A DNA stretch of 64,000 bases from the NCBI RefSeq assembly GCF_009914755.1, contig NC_060944.1, one strand, 5' to 3'. A program made the position numbers and the translations under genes. This stretch comes from the human T2T-CHM13v2.0 reference genome, Homo sapiens. Positions 14,076-24,808 of the stretch are shown here, one piece after another; within the stretch, counting starts at the first letter, position 1; every line of letters begins with the position of its first letter. The notes under the pieces were generated by a model. That model made no database searches and was not told the origin of the DNA. It saw nothing but the letters and a program-made list of their open reading frames with translations.

Positions 14076-15262
14076 CTAGCTCCGTTTCAGTTGAATTTAC
14101 AGAACTGATGGGGCTTAAAAACTGATGCTCTGACTTTAAGTGGTGCAGGAGGCAGCCAGTAGGGGACGCCAACCGTCACACTGGGAGCAAGAGACCCCCG
14201 CCTAGTCCCCATCTGCCTGCAGGTGGCGTGCTGCCTCGACACTGCCACCAAGAGGGCCAGGCAGTGTCTCCAGCTGCCAGCAGGCGGCGTACGACGACTA
14301 CACTGTGAGCAACAGGGCCCTGCAGTGTCCTTAGCTGCCAGCAGGTGTCATACGGGCACCACACCATGAGCAAGAGGACCCCGCAGTGCCCTGGTTGCCA
14401 ACAGGGGGCGTGCTGCCACTACACTGTGAGCGAGAGGTTCCTGTAGTGCCAGCAGGTGCCAGAAGAGGGCGTGCCCCCACTGCACTGCAAGCAAGAGGGC
14501 CCGGCAGTGTCCCCAGCTGCCAGCAGGGGAGCCAGCCGCCACTACACTTTGAGCAAGAGGGCCTGGCAGTGTCCCCAGCTGCCAGCAGGGGGGTGTGCTG
14601 CCACCACACTGTGAGCAAGAGGACCCTGCAATGTCCCTAGCTGCCACCAGGCGGCGTGCCGCCGCTATACTGTGAGCAAGAGGCCCCTGCATTGCCCCGG
14701 CGCCAGCAGGGGGCGCTGGCCACCACTATAAGCAACAGAGCCCTGCAGCTGCCCTAGTCGCCAGCAGGGGGTGCACTGGCACAGCACCGTGACCAAGCCA
14801 GTCCTGTAGTGCCCAGCTGCAAGCAGGGGGCGGTCGAGCCCGGCTTTTCGAATTATTGAGGTTCCTCCCGTCTCTGCGCCACGCCGCTGCGACGGGCGTC
14901 TCCGCGCCTGCACCGCGCTCCCCTCCCCAGCACAGGGGTGTGCGACTGTGCTCCTGCACCACGCCACCCCAACCCAACCCCCGCCCGGCAGCGTGCTCTC
15001 TGCGCATCCGCCGCGCCTCCCCCGCACGTCGCGCCAGCCTGTGCGCGCCTGCGCCGGCGCGGTGGGCCTCTCTGTGCCCGCGCCGGCGTGGGGTGCCTTT
15101 GCGGGGGCAGAGCTGCGTTCTGCTTAACACAGACCCGGGGCACACCGCAAAGGTGGAGCAGCTTTCTCAGCACACACCTTGGGGGCACAGCCTCGCTTTG
15201 GGACAACTCGGGGCCGCATCGACAGTGAACAAAATCCTTTCTGTTTGCAGCCCTGAATAATC
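14076..15262 (+). repeat. TAR1 telomere-associated repeat with 61-bp array and degenerate 29-bp and 37-bp units (TERRA-promoter-type CpG island)
   Basis: About 10-12 units of ~60 bp with GCCAGCAGGGGGCG cores (14150-14835); CTCTGCGCC/GCGCCTGCGCCGGCGC units at 14872-15090; GGCAGAGCTGCGTTCTGCTTAACACAGACCCGGGG at ~15107; canonical end CAGCCCTGAATAATCAGGGTTAGGG. Confidence 0.93.
14700..14720 (+). promoter_or_regulatory. Best CTCF core motif in the 61-bp array
   Basis: GCGCCAGCAGGGGGCGCTGG fits the CCASYAGRKGGCRS consensus. Confidence 0.75.
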
Positions 15263-15337
15263 AGGGTTAGGGTTAGGGTTAGGGGTTAGGGGTTGGGGTT
15301 GGGGTTAGGGTTAGGGTTGGGTTAGGGTTAGGGTTAG

Positions 15338-15369
<32 letters not shown>

Positions 15370-16099
15370 GGTAGGGTCAGGGTCAGGGTCAGGGTCAGGG
15401 TCAGGGTTAAGGGTCAGGGTCAGGGTCAGGGTCAGGGTCAGGGGTTAGGGTTAGGGTCAGGGTCAGGGTCAGGGTCAGGGTCAGGGTCAGGGGTTAGGGT
15501 CGGGGTCGGGGTCGGGGTCAGGGGTCAGGGGTCAAGGGTCGGGGTCAGGGGTCAAGGGTCGGGGTCGGGGTCGGGGTCAGGGTGAGGGTGAGGGTGGGGG
15601 TTAGGGTTAGGGGTTAGGGTTAGGGTTACGGTTAGGGTTAGGGTTAGGGTAGGGTTAGGGTTAGGGTTAGGGTTAGGGTTAGGGGTTAGGGTTAGGGTTA
15701 GGGTAAGGGTAAGGGTTAGGATTAGGGGTTAGGGTTAGGGTTAGGGTTAGGGTTAGGGTTAGGATAGGGTTAGGGTTAGGATTAGGGGTTAGGGTTAGGG
15801 TTAGGGTTAGGGTTAGGGTTAGGGTTTAGGGGTTAGGGTTAGGGTTAGGGTTAGGGTTATTGGTTAGGGTTAGGGTTAGGGTTAGGGGTTAGGGTTAGGA
15901 GTTAGGGTTAGGGGTTAGGGTTAGGGTTCAGGTTCGGGGTTCGGGTTGGGGTTGGGTTTGGGGTTATGGTTAGGGTTAGGTTTTGGGGTTAGGGTTAGGG
16001 TTTGGAGTTAGGGGTTAGGGTTAGTGGTTAGCGTTAGGGTTAGGGTAGGGGTTAGGGGTTAGGCTTAGTGGTTAGGGTTAGGGTTAGGCTTAGGGTTAG
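15263..16099 (+). repeat. Interstitial telomeric array (TTAGGG)n with variant repeats
   Basis: ~840 bp of TTAGGG plus TCAGGG, TCGGGG, TGAGGG and TTGGGG blocks; 48 kb of non-telomeric DNA follows. Confidence 0.99.
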
Positions 16100-16144
16100 A
16101 TTACAATTTCTAACCTGTTTTATTTTGTTTTTTTTCTGAGACAG

Positions 16145-16335
16145 GGTCTCCCTCTTTTGTCCAAGGCTGGAGTGTGGTAGTGCTATCACAGCTGACTGCA
16201 GCCTCAACCTTCCAGGCTGAAGCGATCCTCCCATCTCAATCTCCTACGTGGCTGAGACTACAGGTGCTTGCCACTATGCCCAACTAACATTTGGAATTTT
16301 CGTATACGTGGATTCTAGAGGGGTGACAGCGAAAC
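16145..16335 (+). other. Candidate exon formed in an antisense Alu monomer
   Basis: Polypyrimidine tract then GAGACAG| acceptor at 16144; donor GAAAC|GTGAGT at 16335/16336; resembles an exon I recall from paralogous subtelomeric lncRNAs. Confidence 0.6.
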
Positions 16336-16517
16336 GTGAGTAAGCATGGATTTTGGTATATGCAGAGATGGAGGGCTGGAACTAATTCTGTATACTGAGG
16401 GACGACGACTGTATATGTTTTTACAATTACGCTGTAGGATACATACTGTTGCATAGCCTTGAAAATAATAATTTTTAATTGAGTGGAATAAGAATAATAT
16501 TGATAAAAGTAGCAGCT

Positions 16518-16815
16518 GGCCAGGTGTGGTGGCTCACACTGGTAATCGCAACACTTTGGGAGGCTGAGGCAGGAGGATGGCTTGAGGCCAAGAGTTTGCG
16601 ATAGGCCTTGGAAACAAAGGGAGTCACCATCCCTACAGAAAAATACATGAATTAGCCTAGTGTGGTGGCATGTTCCTGTAGTCCCAGCTACTTGGGAGGC
16701 TGAGGTGGGAGGATCACTTGAGCCCAGGGAGGCTGAGACTGCAGTGAGTCATGATCAGGCCTCTGCACTCCAGCCTGGGTGACAGAGTGAGACCCTGTCT
16801 CTAAACAACAAAAAA
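16518..16815 (+). mobile_element. Alu (AluJ-like)
   Basis: GGCCAGGTGTGGTGGCTCAC...GAGACCCTGTCTC; TSD-like AAAAGTAGCAGCT on both sides. Confidence 0.9.
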
Positions 16816-16957
16816 GTAGCAGCTAACATCAACTGACCTTTTACTGAGTGCCTATGGATACCATAGTTTAATTTCTTATAACTGTTTCTTATTTTACTTA
16901 CCAACTCTGTCTTCAGTTACTCCCAGATTTTTACTGTGTGTGTACAGATGACCTTTT

Positions 16958-17600
16958 GGAGGAGCCTCAACAGGCACAGCTCCTCCCTCATAGTGGCCCA
17001 TTTAGGCCCAACTCATGACTGTCGGGCTATTTCCAGGCCTAGTGTCTGCCTCGTGGCTGACTGTTGAAGCCCAAAACTTCCTCAAATCAGCCTTTTGCCC
17101 AACTTCTGTCTACTGTCGGACTCTACAGGCCAGCCTCTGCCTCACAGTGGACCCTCCAGACCCAGATGGTGTCTCACTGTGGCATCCTCAGGCGAAGCTC
17201 CTGCCTTTTGGCAGCCTCTCCAGGCCCAGCTCCTCCTGCCTCCCAGTGGCCTCTTTCGGCCCAGCCCAGCTCATGGCTCTCGGCGGCCTTCCCAGGCCCC
17301 GCTTTTGACTTTTGGCAGCCTCTTCAGGCGCAGAACTTGATCTCCAGTCGGCCTTTGCAGGCCCGGCCTCCTGCCTCTCGAAGGCCTGCACGGGCCTGGC
17401 CTCGGCCTTGGCCTCACAGCGGACTCTCCACGCCCAGCTAGCTCTCGCCTCACTGTGGCCTCCCCAGTCCAAAGCTCCTGCCTTTCGGCCACTTCGGCAG
17501 GTCCAGCTCCTGCCTGCCAGTGGCCTCTTTAGGCCCAGCTCATTCCTCACGTCGGCCATTCCAGGCCCCGTTTTTCCCTTCCGGCAGCCTCTTGGCCTCT
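16958..17600. repeat. Degenerate ~36-bp GC-rich tandem repeat
   Basis: Recurring GGCCTCT..AGGCCCAGCTCCTGCCT-like units. Confidence 0.75.
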
Positions 17601-17713
17601 AATTTGTTTATCTTTTGTGTATAAATCCCAAAATATTGAATTTTGGAATATTTCCACCATTATATATTTTGGTAGGTAATTTATTTGGAGTGAGTTTCTG
17701 CACCATGCCCGAA

Positions 17714-20700
17714 TTTTTTATTTTATTTTCCTTATTATTTGGTGTTAAACAGGTTTAATGACGGTCATGGCAACTTTTTGGCACAATGAAAAATATCGCC
17801 CATGATCAACGTGTTCTGTTCTGGGGAAGGGGGCAAAGGCAGGGTGAATCACTTTCTTAAAAAGTATAGCTCAAGTTGGGAGTGCAGAGGGAATGGGGAG
17901 AAAACCCTCCCGCTGCCTGTGTCGAAGTGCAGGAGCCCCCACCCCCATACTCACCTGAGTCCAGCCCCTCTGGGGAAAGAAGGGGTGCATGAACTCCCCC
18001 TAGTCCACAGGCGCCTCCCTGTGGCCCAAGGCCCTCTTCACACTCCATCTTGTAGCCCCAGCAGGAGCTATTTTCCGAAAAGTGAAAAGCTCTGAAGGTC
18101 CCACAATTCATGGTATGTACAGGGGCTCGGAGGAGGGAAACTGCCCAGCTTTCCCCCGGCACAGCTGCAGGGGTAGGGGGTATAGATAAGAGGAGCAGGC
18201 CTTGGCCAGGCGTGGTGGCTCACGCCTGTAATCCCAGCACTTTGGGAGGGGGAGGCAGGCAGATCACGACGTCAGGAGATCGAAATCAGCCTGGCCAAGA
18301 TGATGAAGCCCCGTCTGTACTAAAAATACAAAAATTAGCCGGACGTGGTAGCGTCCACCTGTAATCCTAGCTACCCGGAAGGCTGAGGCAGGAGAATGGC
18401 GTGAACCCGGCGGGAAGAGGTTGCAGTGAGCCAAGATCGCACCACTGCACTCCAGCCTGGGCGACAGAGCAAGACTCGGTCTCAAAAAAAAAAAAAAAAA
18501 AAAAAAGAGGAAGGCCTTACTCTGTCCCAAACTGAAAGGATTAAATGGCTTCACCTGGGAGAAGATAACCATCCTGCCCTCCATTGCTACCCCCACATAC
18601 TGTCCATGTTCTCAGGGGGTACTGTGAGTCCTGGGATCTTTGGGGTTGCCCACCTGCCTGTGGTAGTTATGGAGACCCCCAGGTGTTGAGGCAGGGCTGG
18701 GGTGTCCCCTTCCAACCAGGCTGTCAAGGCCCCAACTCTGGGGCAGAGGCAGTGGCAGGGCAGCCAGGGTTGCGCCAGAGCCTGAGCAGGTTGAGGTGGG
18801 GTCAGGCAGGGCTGGGAGTCAGGGCAGGGGCAGCAGCAGTGGACCCGCTATGCACACATCTTCTTCTCCAAGGTTTGTGTGCAGAACATCCTGCCCATGC
18901 TGACCCAGGAGCTTCAGTTGGCACCTGCCCCAGTCCAGCCTCTGGGAACCATGCAGCAGCTCCCAGCGGCCCTGCACCCACCACCAGCATCCGTTTCACC
19001 TGCAGTTGAAGATCCGTGAGGTGCCCAGAAGATCATGCAGTCATCAGTCCCACGGAGCAGCCCGCGAGGCTGAGGCTCCTCCCACTGGACCGCCCCCCAA
19101 CTGGCACCACTGCTGCCCCTGCCCCTACTCTCAGCCTCACGTGACTCTCGGGCAGAGGCAGTGGTGGGGCAGCCAGGGCAGCGTCAAGAGTCTGAGCCAG
19201 GTGAGGTGCGGTCAGGACCCCCACAGGGCTGGGAGTCAGGGCAGGGGCAGAACAAACCTTGGAGGGGAAGATGTGTGCATAGTGGGCCTGGAGGGCAGCT
19301 GTGGCCTAGTGGACAGGAAGAAGCAGTGGGCCTGGAAGAGCTGCATGATCAGGGCCGGCACTGGTCCAGGGCACGTGCAGTGAAGAGGACAGCTCCTTCT
19401 CGGTCTCTGGTTCCCTGAGCCTGTCCTCGGCTTCTCCACCTGTACAGGCAAAGGGGAAGCTGTCCGCATCACACATGGCACACTTGGGGGTGTTGGGCTT
19501 TGGACTGCAGCTGGAACATCTTCTCATCTTGCATTTGGGCGCGGTGGGGTCCTCCAGTGTGGGATCCATGTCCGTGGGGTTCCCTCTGCCCCGACCCCGA
19601 AAGCCCAGTCAGTTTCTCTTCAGGCTCTGCTCCCCGGGTGGCTCAGCCCAGCTCCTGCCTAGGAAAGCCTTAGTGTTGGGAGGGACCCTGATGACTGAGG
19701 AGCCTGGTAGCTCCAGGTCGCCCACACTTTCAGGTCTCTTGCACCAGAAGGTGGCAGGATCCATTGGGAGGAAACAGGCCACCTTGGAAGGTGTCCCTGG
19801 GCCCCCATCCCCAGGGGTTGAGGCCGTAGGGGGCCCGCTCTGCTGCGTTGACCAGACTCCTGGGCTTTGAAGGCTCCTGGGCCCAGTAAGAAGGAGGTGG
19901 GTGCCAAGGTTGAGGAGGAAGCATCCGAGTATGTGTAGGAGGAGGACAGGGTGTGACCATAGACTGCCAAAAGCTGCAGGTGGATCGGGGGACCCTGGGG
20001 GCTCAGGATCCAGCAAGGGGCGGCAGGAGTAAAGGAGGAAGGAATGACAGGTGCAAATACCTTCCCACCAAAGCCCTTGTTGCCCTCTGGCTCCTCCCCA
20101 GAGCTGTCCCCACTCTCAGTCGGTCACCCACTCCTTGAACTTGAGATCGGTGTCGGTGGTGCTAAAGCCATCATCAGCAATGACATCATCACCCCCTCCT
20201 CCTCATGGATGACCGTGTGCTCCTCGTCACTCGCTATGTCCTCACTGGCCATGTGCTGGGAATGAGCAGCTCACGTGGGCGGCAGCAGGGCTGCCCACGG
20301 GTCACCTCCCTCACCAGGGGCTGCAAAGTGGCCTGGAGCTCCATGCTGAGTAGAAGGCTTTGGGCCAGAGTATGATGCAGTGCCAGACACCACCTGTGTC
20401 AGTTCCCGTAGTGCCTGACGGTCTATTTCCCTGCCGTCCAGGCTGTGTACCCCGCTGTGGGAGAAGGCTTGGGCCAGGCTGAGCCAGGTTCCCTGACTGT
20501 GTGCAGCCGTTCTGCCCCACAGAAGCTGCTCCTTGGCATCCGAGCTCTGGAGTGTTTGGGCTGCAACTGACAGGAGTTCAGAGGACGCCCCAGGGGCAGT
20601 GGCAGTGCCCGTCTCTGATATGCTCCACTCCCACGAGCCCTTGTTACACTGCTGCTAGCCCCTGGCTTGTGGGCTTGGCCTCTGAGCTGGACTTCTTTCG

Positions 20701-21580
20701 GTCCTTGTTGCAAGTGGGCCACCTTCACCTGGAAGGCCAGGTCGTATTTCTGCATCTCACTGGGCCCCAGGGTGTACCACCGCTCGCTCAGCATCTGGCT
20801 GACGGTCCGGTTATCCTGGTTGGGGTGACCCTGCTGCGCCCCGCCAGGGCCTGGTGCCGCTTGCTGAAGATCATGAGCGCCACTCATGGGCCACCAGATG
20901 TGGTCCTTGTCCCATTTGTTGGGGCTGCGTCCATCCTTCTCAGAAGATGAGTCCTGTTCCTTGCGCAGGGCACTGAGGGACTGGGCCTGACATCATCTGA
21001 GTGGTAGAGGCAACTGGGTGTCAGGAGACATGATGGAGAGGAAAGCATCATCATGGTCATTCTCTGTCTCACTGTCCAGCAGGGACTCCCCTGAGGGGCC
21101 CAGGGCTCCTCCTCCATGGTGGGAGGTGAGCTTTTACCAGGTTCCACCACCCCCAAAGTGTGTGGGGTTGCGGGCCCTGGGCTTTCAGGGCAGGTGGCTC
21201 CAGGGGGCCGCCCAGGGTCAACACTCCCTGTCCCACCTGGTGGACGCTCATGAGCAACAGCTGGCAACTTGGCAGGTTGTTTTCTCTGGTTGCAGGCCAC
21301 TGAGTGACTGGCAGGTTGCTGGGCCTCGTGTGGCTGCAGGGAGGGGTCAGGAAGGGGATGGAGTACCAGGGGAACACGGCCGCAGAGTGACCTTCCACAT
21401 TCCTCCACACGAACATGCTGACGCCACGGGAGGCCTCACTGAACGCAGGCCTGGGGGCCGAGTACTTGGTCCGGGCAGGGGGTTCCTGGCAGGGGCTCAC
21501 ACCTCCTCGCCCCCTCCTCAGCCAAGGTGGCTTGGGCCCAGAGAAGGGGAGGTTGGAGAGGAGCAGAAGGCCAGGCCTCA
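17714..21580 (-). pseudogene. CICP4: Processed, internally deleted and rearranged capicua (CIC) pseudogene
   Basis: Frameshifted CIC peptides: [23 protein letters not shown] (ATXN1-binding N-terminus), [22 protein letters not shown]...DLAFQVK (HMG box), FKAQESGQ, FLPMDPATF, EDPTAPKCKMRR, ALIMQLFQAHCFF (C1 domain); no introns; ATTAAA signal (TTTAAT at 17754) and decayed poly(A) at 17714-17740; copy number from memory. Confidence 0.9.
18204..18506 (+). mobile_element. Alu (AluY/Sc-like) inserted in the CIC pseudogene 3' UTR
   Basis: Full Alu with long A tail; TSD-like AAGAGGA(GC)AGGCCTT. Confidence 0.95.
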
Positions 21581-21581
21581 A

Positions 21582-23195
<1,614 letters not shown>

Positions 23196-23356
23196 AAATT
23201 CCATATCTGAGTGTTTACTCCTGAGTTTTTGAGATTGTTATTAAGATCGTGCTCTACTGTGATGATTTGGGTTTGTTTGATAATCAGAAAAAAGCATATT
23301 CTTTTGGGTGTTTAGCCACACTGCTTTGGTGTCACAACTGCACATTGGTTTCACAG

Positions 23357-23539
23357 CTGCAGGACAAATTCGAGCATCTTAAAATGATTCAACAGGAGGA
23401 GATAAGGAAGCTCGAGGAAGAGAAAAAACAACTGGAAGGAGAAATCATAGATTTTTATAAAATGAAAGCTGCCTCTGAAGCACTGCAGACTCAGCTGAGC
23501 ACTGATACAAAGAAAGACAAACATCGTAAGAAGCAATAG
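23357..23539 (+). pseudogene. Unprocessed duplicate of the SEPTIN14 last coding exon (C-terminal coiled coil)
   Basis: [59 protein letters not shown] matches the recalled SEPT14 C-terminus; intact acceptor; no upstream septin exons in the window. Confidence 0.9.
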
Positions 23540-23689
23540 TTTCTCTTACTATTCTGAGAGCCTTATCATTCTACATCCCATCTTCCTGTGAGATTGTCTT
23601 TGTAGCATTTAACTCTAATTGCAGTTCTCTTTTTAAAAATTGGCTTGCTTATTGTATATTTTCCCCAACTAAAGCGTGAACTCCTAGCA

Positions 23690-24025
<336 letters not shown>

Positions 24026-24518
24026 TCAGATTCTGTATCCCAGCACTTAGGACATAGACAAACAAGAAGATGACAATCAATATTTGCCAAAATGAAAAAA
24101 CAAAAGAAACATGTAACATCATGTAAAAGAAGCTGGTTAGGTGGAGAAATTTATTTACCATAGTCTTGCTTGTGGATCCAGTAGTGACTTTTACATTTTA
24201 TATCTAAATAGACGCTGGAGGCTTTGTTGGGTACTCATAGGCATAAAATATTATGTTATTTATTATAGAGTTAAATGCTACAAAGACAAATCTAATTAAT
24301 AGGCCTATTTTCCTGTTTAAGTTCTACTCATAATTTCTTCATAATTTTTATGATAAAAGGTTGGATTTTGATTAGAACTCCCATGCTTTTGTGTCAGAAT
24401 TAAAACTGGTATTAGAATAAATAATTCAAAAGCTAGAGAAAGAGTACAATGAGAAGCCATGAGTTGCATTTGAATTATAATATTATGTCTTACAGATTTG
24501 GGGTATATGCTAAAGTTA

Positions 24519-24808
<290 letters not shown>

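Noticed and set aside
14176-15260. Multiple overlapping ORFs in TAR1
   Set aside because: GC-rich repeat with few stop codons; no protein family recognisable
15263-16099. Head-to-head telomere fusion like the chromosome 2 fusion site
   Set aside because: No inverted (CCCTAA)n array or second TAR1 follows
17015-17602. Ser/Pro/Ala-rich ORFs
   Set aside because: Arise from the degenerate ~36-bp repeat in several frames on both strands
20423-20887. Functional HMG-box protein
   Set aside because: Frameshifts split the HMG box and key residues are altered
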